Positions 54,878 through 64,000 of a DNA stretch of 64,000 bases are shown here, in pieces. The translations under genes and the position numbers were made by a program. Within the stretch, counting starts at the first letter, position 1; each line of letters starts with the position of its first letter. The DNA lies in the IMG/VR virus record IMGVR_UViG_2029527006_000008, positions 62,001 to 126,000 of that record; one strand, written 5' to 3'. The notes below the pieces were generated by a model that was not told the origin of the DNA, did not search any database, and was given only the letters and a program-made list of their open reading frames with translations. Source of the DNA: an uncultured virus (IMG/VR IMGVR_UViG_2029527006_000008) (taxonomy: Duplodnaviria > Heunggongvirae > Uroviricota > Caudoviricetes).

Positions 54878-56556
54878 ATGCAACCGAAACTGGTAGAGGC
54901 AGTTGATGCCACAATGCCGAGGTTCAACAAGTCAATTGTTGAAGGGTTCCATCTCCGAGAGTTTGAGGGCGGATATCGTTATCTTAACTATATCTATCGA
55001 TTAATCTTCAAAGACGTTGAAAAGAAAGGCGTGATCTTTGATGGCATCAGTCGAATGAAGCCAAAGGAATATATTACATTCCTGCGTAACCGTCAACCTA
55101 AGGTTTACGACACGCACAAAGAGAGCTACTATCCTGTCACCGTCAATTTCTCCTGGCGCGATCCCAAGAGCGGTGAAGTTAAACCGTTCCCGCCGATTGT
55201 CACGATGCTGCTGTATTGTGATCGTTATGGCGATGTGTGGATCCGCGATAGTCAGTACTCGTTGCAGATGGTTATGGCTGAACGTGGCCTGAGTGTAACG
55301 AAGAAAAGTCTATCTTCTTTAAGGTGTTGAGTTTCAAGACAAAGATCGGTGCGGAATTCTTCCGTTTCGACAAGGTACATACCGAGCTGAGCAATCTGCC
55401 ACGTTCTACCATTGACTTGAACTTAGCCGCCAACCGTTTTTATAGCCCCAGCGAGTCCCGAGCCATTACCAGTAAGAAAACCCCGTTCCCTCTGTTGAGC
55501 TGGTATATCTTCGGTAACTTTGGATTCAGTGAGGCCATGCGTCTTTATGGCGAATGCGAGTATGAAATTGGGCCGGTAGAAGTATTGACAAAACGTTGTC
55601 TTCCAAAAGATCGCTGGGAGATATTTACGCGTAGTGGCAGCTCCAACAACAAGTTCCTCGGTGACTTTATTCCGTTGGATTTGGGCATTGCCTTGCGTAA
55701 TAAAAACGAAAAGCGTAAAGAGCTGTCTAGCATGGGCGTTCAGTATGCCGCCGCACTGTTGTTCGTGATCTCGTGCATGCCGTCTTATTTTGAGATGGAT
55801 GACATTGATGACAAGAACTACTGGCGATTACTGATTGGGCGCTGCTCGGTGAAGCCGGGTGACCCAAATGATTATGTGCTGCGTCTGATGGACGAGCATT
55901 TTGATTCCATGAATGATTTGCTGGAAGAAGATTCCATTCGTAAGTTTGCAAGCCAATCGGTTTACGTTAAAGATATGTTTGAGCTCTTCAACTATATCAT
56001 CGCGAACCGCAGTGAGATTGTGCAGACCACTGACCGTGGTAGCGCGTTGAACAAAGAGCTGGCAAGCATGGAGTTTACCTTCGACGGTTTGAGCACGCTG
56101 GCAAACCAGTTCAAGCACTTCATCAAGAACAACTCTGAACTCAGTTATCAGAAAGTCAAGAACTTCCTCACAAACAGTAGCATTAAGCTTCGTTCTATCG
56201 ACAATGCACGTTTGGCAAATATGATCTTGGAACCGACTCCAACGGACAACCCGTTCTCGGAATACATGCTTGGCGTAATGGCTCAGCACAAAGTGTTCAC
56301 GGGTAAAAGGAAGCAGGCTTCAGGTGACTTTGACGTGCACGACACGGCTAACCTCACAAACGCGACCATGCCCTTTATTTTCAGTTACCAACGTGTAACC
56401 AAACCAGACCCCGATGCCAGAGGCTTCTTAGCCCCTTGTGTGTATACCATTAGTGGTAACCTCACTGGTATTCGTCCGGAGCGGATTCCGTTGGCTGGGG
56501 CCACGGAGACGCGTTTGAAAATTAGGGAGTCGCGTACGTACACTCAACAGGATTAA
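54878..56556 (+). CDS. Non-virion RNA polymerase beta subunit, N-terminal part (phiKZ gp123-like), interrupted by a -1 frameshift near 55300
   Basis: ORFs 54878..55330 and 55324..56556 join into about 560 aa. MPRFNKSIVEG, PFPLLSWYIFGNFGF, WRLLIG, NKELA, PDARGFLAP motifs. The -1 frame reads EKSIFFKVLSFK directly after GLSVT. Confidence 0.8.
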
Positions 56557-56558
56557 AA

Positions 56559-58928
56559 ATGGCACTCTCACCTCGTTACACTGGATCAGTACAACCAACT
56601 GCCGCAGCTCCGGGACCGGGACAACCCAACGCTGCCGCCAACCCACAGCAAGATGCCCTGGGTCTGGTAAAGCAGTTGGTCAGACAGTCGTCGCAGCCCA
56701 CGAATTTCGACCCTGTCTATAATAACATTTATGAAGATAAAACTTTACAGGAGTTTAAACAACAGTCAGCAGAGAATAGCGAAGAACAAATCGCCTACTT
56801 CCGCCAGCACGCTTCGGTGTATGTGGTGCAGTTTGTTCAAGAGGTAAAAATCTATCGTCACGGACTTATGTACGCAACATTCCGCGACATCGTAGACAAC
56901 TACCCCGCTATCAACACCGTAAGCAGCCAGGTCAAGAAAGAGTACATCAAAGTACTGACCGACCGTATTGATCTGCTGGATACGATCGCTGTTCGTACGT
57001 CCGTGTGGTTTGGCTGGATCATGGCCGAAATCATTAAGCGTACTGATGGCAAGCCGCCCCGCGCTGAAGTACTGAACGCGGTTAAAACAGCCACCGTTAA
57101 CATTCTGAACCTGGAAATCGTAACGTGGCTGAACGGCTCTAGTAAAGCCGCTGCTTTCCTGTATAACCCTACACAGGAGATCAGTGATCTGGTAAATAAG
57201 TTTGCTCGTCGTAAAGAAGTCGCATCACGGGTGTTTCAGTTCTTTGAAGAAACTTCTCCGTACGATGCAGCTAACTTTTCAGGCGACCGCATGAGCGAAG
57301 GTAACATCACCAACATCATGCCGGAAATCGCCAGACTTGGCATCGATCAACGTTTACCAGCGGATAAGAACAGTGGTATCACCGACATGACGGGACGTTA
57401 TGTACCGGACTACCACGACGGGATGAATGCGGAAGAGCGTGATCTACTGCGGATCTCTTTTGACCTGATGCGTAAACACAATCAGGGACCAGGAGATTAC
57501 AACCAGGCACCACCTCCTCGCCAAAACCGGGACAGTTACGAAGACTTGAACATCTACGGAACGAGCGGTCAACGTTACCGTACGGATATTGAGAATATCG
57601 ATATCCACAACCGTCATCTGTTTGATCTGCGCAGTTACTTTACCGCAACTGCCTGTGAGAACTGGTACACTGTAAGAGAGGGAGATTGGAACTTCCTTAA
57701 ACGTGCAATGAAACGTCGCGGTCGTATTCGTGCTGAAGACACCATCACCAAAGGGTGTGTGCGGTTTGTAGAATATGATTTCGATCACGAGAACTCGTTC
57801 CCAGGATGGCGGACGCGGACTATTCGTTTCACTGACCCAGCGGAAAAACAAATGATTCTGTCTGATCCTGATAAGTTGTTGCCTCTGCTGGACGTCGACA
57901 CTTTCCAAAACAAGACAGTAGTACTGCCTGTAACGGAAGCAAAGGCGTTCTTCGATGAGGAAGGTAGAAAGTTAGGTCCTGATGCTGAAGTCTTCGAGAA
58001 ACTGCGTGAACCTGGTTTTGATTTCCGCGTGATTGACAGTGGCGATAAACTGCGCACTGGCAATAGCAAAGATATCCTTGACCGCATGCTGGTATCCGGA
58101 AGTTCACTGGCAGAAGAAACCGAAAAACCTGTGGCTGTGCTGGGTGAATTCGAAATCACCGGTCGTCGTCTGTTTGCTACTCGTCAACAGCGTGATGGTG
58201 TTATCGCTCGTTTCCCTATGCTGTTCCAGGGTAACGAAAGTAACCAAGATAATTCCTACTTCGGGATTATCGACAGCATTGCGCGCCAGATGGCACGCTC
58301 ACCGATTGACAACGATGATACGCCTGATGAATATCGCTTTGATAACTTCATCAGTCAACGCCTGACGCTGGATATCAATGACTGGCTGGTTAACGCCTGC
58401 GGCTATGTGCTCAACCAGTACGATGGTGAAGTGTTAAACGTTGACAACATCTTGTTGGACTACCAGGAGCTCAAAGCCGTTCTTCTGGAGAAAGACAAGG
58501 AAGTGTATGACATCCTTAATCAGACCGGTCGTGATTCGCTGATCAAGTCTCAGCTTGAGATCTTTGAAACGCCTACCGCACCTACTGAAGAGATGTCAGT
58601 CACTGAGCGTGAAGAGCACATGATGTCGCTCTATCGCAGCCGTAAGTACCACAGCATCGTAATCTGGAATGAACCGGGTCCTAAACCAACCCAGGGCAAA
58701 CCAATTACTCTGCGCCGTAGCAACAACCCGGAGTTCTTTAGTTTGGTCGACACTCTGCGCGCTCGCGTACAGGGTCAAGGTCAAGTGCTGGACACACAAA
58801 GCATCTTCGTGATGTATAAATATAGCCATGACATCTTCATGGTAACGCCGACTGTTTATGATGATAACGTTGTGACGATCCGCACGGTCAGACCAACGCG
58901 TACCTTCTTAAGCCCGGCCTTTGGGTAA
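56559..58928 (+). CDS. Large conserved hypothetical protein
   Basis: 789-aa ORF with an AGGA RBS, co-transcribed with nvRNAP beta-N. Confidence 0.75.
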   Translation: MALSPRYTGSVQPTAAAPGPGQPNAAANPQQDALGLVKQLVRQSSQPTNFDPVYNNIYEDKTLQEFKQQSAENSEEQIAYFRQHASVYVVQFVQEVKIYRHGLMYATFRDIVDNYPAINTVSSQVKKEYIKVLTDRIDLLDTIAVRTSVWFGWIMAEIIKRTDGKPPRAEVLNAVKTATVNILNLEIVTWLNGSSKAAAFLYNPTQEISDLVNKFARRKEVASRVFQFFEETSPYDAANFSGDRMSEGNITNIMPEIARLGIDQRLPADKNSGITDMTGRYVPDYHDGMNAEERDLLRISFDLMRKHNQGPGDYNQAPPPRQNRDSYEDLNIYGTSGQRYRTDIENIDIHNRHLFDLRSYFTATACENWYTVREGDWNFLKRAMKRRGRIRAEDTITKGCVRFVEYDFDHENSFPGWRTRTIRFTDPAEKQMILSDPDKLLPLLDVDTFQNKTVVLPVTEAKAFFDEEGRKLGPDAEVFEKLREPGFDFRVIDSGDKLRTGNSKDILDRMLVSGSSLAEETEKPVAVLGEFEITGRRLFATRQQRDGVIARFPMLFQGNESNQDNSYFGIIDSIARQMARSPIDNDDTPDEYRFDNFISQRLTLDINDWLVNACGYVLNQYDGEVLNVDNILLDYQELKAVLLEKDKEVYDILNQTGRDSLIKSQLEIFETPTAPTEEMSVTEREEHMMSLYRSRKYHSIVIWNEPGPKPTQGKPITLRRSNNPEFFSLVDTLRARVQGQGQVLDTQSIFVMYKYSHDIFMVTPTVYDDNVVTIRTVRPTRTFLSPAFG

Positions 58929-58945
58929 CTCTTAGAAATAACTCC

Positions 58946-58971
58946 TACTCCTACCCGCGAGGGTAGGAGTA
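58946..58971. terminator. Hairpin between convergent genes (repeat family member)
   Basis: TACTCCTACCC-GCGA-GGGTAGGAGTA with a T-rich downstream flank. Confidence 0.8.
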
Positions 58972-58997
58972 AGGTTGTTTCTATTTTTTTGTTTCAA

Positions 58998-61900
58998 TTA
59001 ACCAAACGGATTGCTTTCACCTTTCTTGCTATCAGAGAGTTTTGTTGCATCGGCACTGACTGCAGCGTCATCTTCTGGTTTAGTTTCAGCGTTCTCGTCT
59101 TCTAGCGGCACATCATCCTTGTTTTCATCGTCTGGCTTATTCTCATCATCCGGTGCGTTATCCAGGTTCTGATCATCAGCATTTTCATCGACGTTGAGAT
59201 CCGACGTGTCGTTGTCGTCTAACGGAGGTGCGTCGTCAGTAGGCGGTGTTTCGCCATTGTCTGTTGGTGTAGCAAATGGGTCGGCTGGCGGAGTTTCCTC
59301 TTCTTGACTTTGACCAGTCTTGGTTTGGAATTTCTCCAGCGCATTCTCGATCTTCTTGCTGAGCGTGCCGAACGACTTCGTACGTTCTTCAAGATCACGA
59401 ATAGCCATGTTGCCCAGGAACGCGTAAAGCGAACTGTTCTGCGTGGCCACGCTTTCCACAATGCTCGCCATACCACCACCAGATGGATCGTCAACAGCAT
59501 CGTCAAACGGAGACGGAATGTTCAAGAGTTTGTGCGCCTTCTGATACAGGTACGCCTTGACCATGCCCTCAACTTGTTCTTTGCTGTATTCGCCCGAGAT
59601 GTTCAACGTTTCAGTTGCTTTCTCAATCATGGCAACTTTACCGTTGGCTTCCCACCACTGGTTAACCAAATCACCCGCGGTGCTCAGACCCTCTTTGAGC
59701 TTAGCCGCCTGTTCCATTACCGCAGGAGCCGGCAGTGAACACTCAATGTTGTTCAGGAAGTCTTCCAGGATAGTTTCGATCTTCTCGGCTTCGTTTGCAC
59801 CTTCGATCTCGATATCTTTATTGTCTGGCTTCCAGAGGTTCTTGTGGGCGTTGATGGTTTGGATAAGAGACAACAGCAGAGGCTGATTTACGCGCACGTA
59901 TTTACGCTGACGCTCAATCACAAAGTCCGCAATCTGTTCCTGCCAGTTCAAGGCCTGGTTGTACACCAGTCGGTGTTCATTCAGTGCTTCAATCTGGAAG
60001 TTGTTGTTTTCATCCGCAACGTCCAACCAGCTACGTGGCAGCATGAAGTAGTTGGCGATCTTGTTCAACACTTCATTGCGACTATCGGTATCCACACGGC
60101 GGAAGTGCTGCTTCTCCTGAGGCTCCACCGTGATGTTAGGAACCGGCAAGTACGGGTTTTCACCCGCATCCACTTCCAACGTCAAGGAGAGTTCACGGAA
60201 CGCATCAACCAGCACCGGAATACTCATCTGGTTTGTTGCCAGCACGTTATAGAAACGCGGGTTAGCACGGAAGAAGACTTCACGAGCCATTGCAATCGTA
60301 CGCTCTGGGTTCGGGTCATCTTTGTTCAGCACAATACGCATCTTGTTAGAGCTTTGTGCGGCTTCCATGTTGGCCATGGCATCTGCCAGATCCATTGCTG
60401 CTAAGCGCGCAATGTGCATCTTTGCTGCTTGCGTCAGCGACTGACCCACACCCAGTGCATTGTATTTAAACGCTGCATAAGTTACGCATTCACCCGGAAC
60501 ATACAGAGCACGGATACCCTGACCACGGAACATACGTGCCAGGAAGATCTTGTTGGTTTCCTCATCGAGGTCCACAGAGATCGTACCAGAACGACCCGAA
60601 ATCACTGACTTCATAAAGGATTCAATAATGATGCCCTTACTTAACTCAGCAAACTCGCTCATGTCGAAGTCACAGTCTTTGCCCTGCTGAATCTGCTTCA
60701 AGTTATCAATCAGGGAGTTAGAGCTACCCTGCTGGTTCTTGTTGCCGATGCTGTCAGACTGTTTCTTGGAGCTCTGGTAATACTGGAAATCCGTAGTCGG
60801 GTTCAGGAACTCACCGGTGTCAGGATCAAACAGAATTACGTAGTCTTTCTTCTTACGCACATTCCCGTTGATATGAATCGGAATGATAGCCGCAGAAGGA
60901 ACATGCCAGTCAATAGGCGTGCCGTAGTTCTGGACACCAAAATCAGTATCCTGTTTCACAAACTGCATGAACTGGTTAGCCGCGCGACGATGAGGGAAGA
61001 TCTCGTTTTGCAGACTGTTCAGCGTGCCCATGGACATGTTGGTGGTTTTGGACTTCGGCTGCTGTGGACGCTTGGCCGATTTGTCGCCAGGCTTGGTAAC
61101 TGTTTTGTCACGTTCATCTTCCGGCGCATCCTGATTACTCAGCGTCTTTTGAATCAGTGATGCAAAGTCCTCGTTGCCTGCGTAGAACTGTTCATTGAAC
61201 TTCTTACGCTTCTCCGCCAACAGGTTAGTCGCCAGTACTGCCGGGTTATCCGTAAGGGTGATATCGAAACCAGTACCTTCGAGAGGTGTGCCTTTCAGAA
61301 TATCAAACTCTGGCTGACTGGAGGTTTTAACGTTTTGCATGGAACCCATGACAGATTCCAAACCCGCCACGTTAAACACATTATCAGACTTATCATCCGC
61401 AGGACGCACGTAGTTACCGACGTTCATCACGCGCAGTTTCTTCGTGGTCCGGTCAAAGGTAAAGTTACCCTGCGACTGTTGGTAGGTGTGAGCAGCTTTC
61501 AGATCTTCACTACCTGAACGCTCTACCACTTCCATGCCGTTGATCAAATAATCCAAGGAAATGCGGCTCAGCGTCAGTGTGGCATAGCTACCGGTGTTCC
61601 AGAGCATGTCATCAATCTGTTCGCGCAGTTCGTCTTCGATTTTATAGTCGTTTGTAAAGTAATCTTTCCAAACCTTTAATAATGCGGTATGCAACGGCGT
61701 ATTTTTGTAACGAGATGCCCGCGTCGAGTAGTCCAGGATATTTTTCTGTTTCCCGTTGGGATACAGCAGCAACGAAGACCAGATCAGCTCAGCACGGTCG
61801 ATATAGGGCGTAATTGCACGCAGGTCATGCGCGGCATTAATGTTGTTAGCAATGATGTTGCTTATGCGTTCGAGCTTGTGCGGCATAATCGCATTACGCT

Positions 61901-62063
61901 CATTTCCCGCAGTGAGTTCGTTTGCTTCCGGGGAGCGTCCGTTCTTTGGTACAGCATTGCGAAGCGTTGCTGCGACCAGGGGGTTAACCGATTTCACCTT
62001 ATCGCGCAAGCGAGAAAGCTGTGCGCGGGTGTTGCCTCTGGTCATATCTCGACTTTGGACCAT
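58998..62063 (-). CDS. Portal protein (phiKZ gp129-like) with an acidic disordered C-terminus
   Basis: About 1021 aa; GAGG RBS before ATG 62063; ILFDPDTGEFL, LYVPGECVTYAAFKYNALGVGQSL and IECSLPAP motifs; several G-x-E sites; divergent from the gp130-like gene. Confidence 0.75.
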   Translation of the reverse strand: MVQSRDMTRGNTRAQLSRLRDKVKSVNPLVAATLRNAVPKNGRSPEANELTAGNERNAIMPHKLERISNIIANNINAAHDLRAITPYIDRAELIWSSLLLYPNGKQKNILDYSTRASRYKNTPLHTALLKVWKDYFTNDYKIEDELREQIDDMLWNTGSYATLTLSRISLDYLINGMEVVERSGSEDLKAAHTYQQSQGNFTFDRTTKKLRVMNVGNYVRPADDKSDNVFNVAGLESVMGSMQNVKTSSQPEFDILKGTPLEGTGFDITLTDNPAVLATNLLAEKRKKFNEQFYAGNEDFASLIQKTLSNQDAPEDERDKTVTKPGDKSAKRPQQPKSKTTNMSMGTLNSLQNEIFPHRRAANQFMQFVKQDTDFGVQNYGTPIDWHVPSAAIIPIHINGNVRKKKDYVILFDPDTGEFLNPTTDFQYYQSSKKQSDSIGNKNQQGSSNSLIDNLKQIQQGKDCDFDMSEFAELSKGIIIESFMKSVISGRSGTISVDLDEETNKIFLARMFRGQGIRALYVPGECVTYAAFKYNALGVGQSLTQAAKMHIARLAAMDLADAMANMEAAQSSNKMRIVLNKDDPNPERTIAMAREVFFRANPRFYNVLATNQMSIPVLVDAFRELSLTLEVDAGENPYLPVPNITVEPQEKQHFRRVDTDSRNEVLNKIANYFMLPRSWLDVADENNNFQIEALNEHRLVYNQALNWQEQIADFVIERQRKYVRVNQPLLLSLIQTINAHKNLWKPDNKDIEIEGANEAEKIETILEDFLNNIECSLPAPAVMEQAAKLKEGLSTAGDLVNQWWEANGKVAMIEKATETLNISGEYSKEQVEGMVKAYLYQKAHKLLNIPSPFDDAVDDPSGGGMASIVESVATQNSSLYAFLGNMAIRDLEERTKSFGTLSKKIENALEKFQTKTGQSQEEETPPADPFATPTDNGETPPTDDAPPLDDNDTSDLNVDENADDQNLDNAPDDENKPDDENKDDVPLEDENAETKPEDDAAVSADATKLSDSKKGESNPFG

Positions 62064-62088
62064 TATTAGCCTCTTTTTTGGAAACAAA

Positions 62089-64000
62089 ATGAATAGAATA
62101 GATCTCGATAATTTCTATTCCGACACTTTCCAACTCACTCGAACAATGGTGGTAAAGATAGAAGCCATTGCAGAGCGTGAGAATCAAGTGTTGGAAAAGG
62201 CCGGACACACCGTTCTTAATGACAAGCGCACTTGGCGCTATTACATGAATTTAAACGGGGATTACCACGAGACTGATGAAGTCATGACGGTGATTTCCTT
62301 GGACACTGGTGAAGAGATACCGTTTACCAAAGAGACGATGGCTCAGCATCTTCTCACCTACCGTCAGTATCTAAAGAGCGGCGACCTGTATAAGCGCCTG
62401 ACTGAAACCTATGACGGACAGACCGTTTTAATTAACGGAATTCTGTTTCCGATTACATATGATGTTTCTATTGCCGCCCCGAACTATAAGATTCTTCGCT
62501 ATAATGAGAGTCTGGTTCTGTGGAATGAAGAACAGCTGATTCCTCAGGTGCAGCGCTGGATTAACGGCAACGCTCCTGCAATGTTCGAAAACGAATACCA
62601 CGTCACTGAAGACCTCATGCTTCACCAGATGGTGGTAGAGCTTTATGCCGGCATTACTCAATGTATACACCTGACGCGTTTCCAGGCTATTAAGACTCGA
62701 CACGCGCATGACTTCTATATTTGGAGTCACATTGATTCATTCGGTGAGTTTTCTGTTTATAAGAACTCACTGAACCAAGAACAGGTGATGTGGTTACACC
62801 GCAACATTGAGTGGATCAACAACAACGCCGGTAAAGAGTTTACGTTTGATAAACTCATGGAAAAGCTGCTGACTATGCGGAAGATTCCCATCGCGAAATA
62901 TGAGATGGTGTTGAACACGCAGAAACAGTTAGAGGATCTGGTGCCCACGCCTCAGTGGAAGCGAACTCAGTTAAACATGAACGAAGACAAGCAAATCACG
63001 CCGGTCTACTTCAACACTGAGAAGCTCATTGAGAAAGAACGCCCGATGGCGGTGGACAACACCCTGATGACCTCTATCTATCAGGAAGAAGCAAACTTCG
63101 AAGGCACGTACAGTTTACACAATGACTTGCCGACCAAGGTGCTGGAATCTGAGATGGCGGACTACACCAACCGTCACAGCGACACCATGATGACCGTGGT
63201 GTTTAACCAGTGGATCTACCTGGCAGGTAAAGGCGTCTATCAGGTTAACATGGCGGTGGTGAATCCCAAAGATGGTCGTCTGCTGCGCCTGGATGCCAAG
63301 GATGCATTTACCCTGTGGCGTTACATCACGCGCCTGGCTGCTGGTCACCAACTGGAAACCATTGAAAACGCTTTTTATCACAACGTGATGCGGTTAACCC
63401 CGCCCACTGTGAAAGAGTTACGTCGCGTGGGATTAGGAAGCAAATACATCACTGACGCCGTAGCTAACAGCATCCGCGATCAGTTTGTTGACATTGTTTC
63501 CGTGGGGTCGTCAGAAGAACTGCTAAACGTTTCTAAGAGCATCTATATTGCGATGTGGAAGCATCGTAAGCTCTACAGCTCCTACGGTGATCAAATCACT
63601 CATGCTGCTGTTAAGAACGCTACGTCGCTGATGTACGAAACCGGTGAGATCTCGTTGGTAGACGATCACAGTTATCTGCGCTTCTTGCAGAAGTATGCGC
63701 TGGACTTTGACGACTACAACTACGAAGAGCTTACTAATCTGGCTTGGGTGATCTTTAAAACCTTTACTGGTTGGGATCTCAACAACAACCCATCACTGCG
63801 CAGCATTCAGAACGATCTCGTTGATCTCATGATGAAGCTGAGCTCTTATACCGTCCACACCATTAAAACCATGGATGACGGTACGGATGTGATTGAGTTG
63901 TTGTCGCAGAACAGCATGGGTGATTCCGCCTATTTAGGCTTGGGTCATCAGCTTGAAGCCGATCTCTCTAATGTTCAGCTCAAGCTCAACCATGCATTAA
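62089..64000 (+). CDS. Large virion (baseplate/tail) structural protein, 3' truncated by the window edge; absent from the ORF track
   Basis: ATG 62089: MNRIDLDNFYSDTFQLTRTMVVK...TWRYYMNLNGDYHETDEVMTVISLDTGEEIPFTKE. The same frame is still open at the window end. The motif is typical of the gene divergent from the phiKZ-like portal. Confidence 0.75.
   Translation, partial: MNRIDLDNFYSDTFQLTRTMVVKIEAIAERENQVLEKAGHTVLNDKRTWRYYMNLNGDYHETDEVMTVISLDTGEEIPFTKETMAQHLLTYRQYLKSGDLYKRLTETYDGQTVLINGILFPITYDVSIAAPNYKILRYNESLVLWNEEQLIPQVQRWINGNAPAMFENEYHVTEDLMLHQMVVELYAGITQCIHLTRFQAIKTRHAHDFYIWSHIDSFGEFSVYKNSLNQEQVMWLHRNIEWINNNAGKEFTFDKLMEKLLTMRKIPIAKYEMVLNTQKQLEDLVPTPQWKRTQLNMNEDKQITPVYFNTEKLIEKERPMAVDNTLMTSIYQEEANFEGTYSLHNDLPTKVLESEMADYTNRHSDTMMTVVFNQWIYLAGKGVYQVNMAVVNPKDGRLLRLDAKDAFTLWRYITRLAAGHQLETIENAFYHNVMRLTPPTVKELRRVGLGSKYITDAVANSIRDQFVDIVSVGSSEELLNVSKSIYIAMWKHRKLYSSYGDQITHAAVKNATSLMYETGEISLVDDHSYLRFLQKYALDFDDYNYEELTNLAWVIFKTFTGWDLNNNPSLRSIQNDLVDLMMKLSSYTVHTIKTMDDGTDVIELLSQNSMGDSAYLGLGHQLEADLSNVQLKLNHAL

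Noticed and set aside
62428..63381. Three minus-strand ORFs in the track near the window end
   Set aside because: They lie opposite the long + strand ORF from 62089, which the track missed because it has no stop in the window.
1..64000. tRNA/rRNA genes, IS elements, integrase, chimallin, PhuZ; assignment to a named phage
   Set aside because: None was recognised by eye. Species-level identity cannot be established without a database search.

Overview
A 64-kb piece of a phiKZ-related, nucleus-forming-type (Chimalliviridae-like) jumbo myophage genome. GC is about 50% by eye, and codon usage in the highly expressed genes looks enterobacterial. Identifications rest on motifs read directly from the translations plus recalled phiKZ gene order; no database search was run. 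The window holds: (1) the nucleus/transcription core block (ChmC-like, gp68-like nvRNAP subunit, PicA/Imp1-like, gp70-like, nvRNAP beta-C and beta'-C, SF2 helicase); (2) an accessory island at 12.2-17.3 kb with a tandem Tad2/DUF2829-like protein, four small early genes, a 434-nt structured non-coding gap and two degenerate HNH paralogs; (3) the virion RNAP beta'-middle subunit and the exonuclease/motif-A half of a split family-B DNA polymerase; (4) a long virion block (internal head proteins with G-x-E maturation sites, baseplate/neck proteins, major capsid, portal) with a DnaB-like helicase; (5) an nvRNAP beta-N gene broken by a 1-nt frameshift. Best leads: a canonical -1 frameshift cassette (G GGA AAC, 7-nt spacer, long stem) at the end of the major capsid gene; a second one (A AAA AAG) at the end of an internal head gene; the two-domain Tad2-like sponge candidate; a sequence-conserved family of intergenic hairpins; and early (TTTYRRWCCTAYATTAY) and late (ATTTTATG) promoter motifs. 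No tRNA, rRNA, CRISPR array or IS element was recognised.
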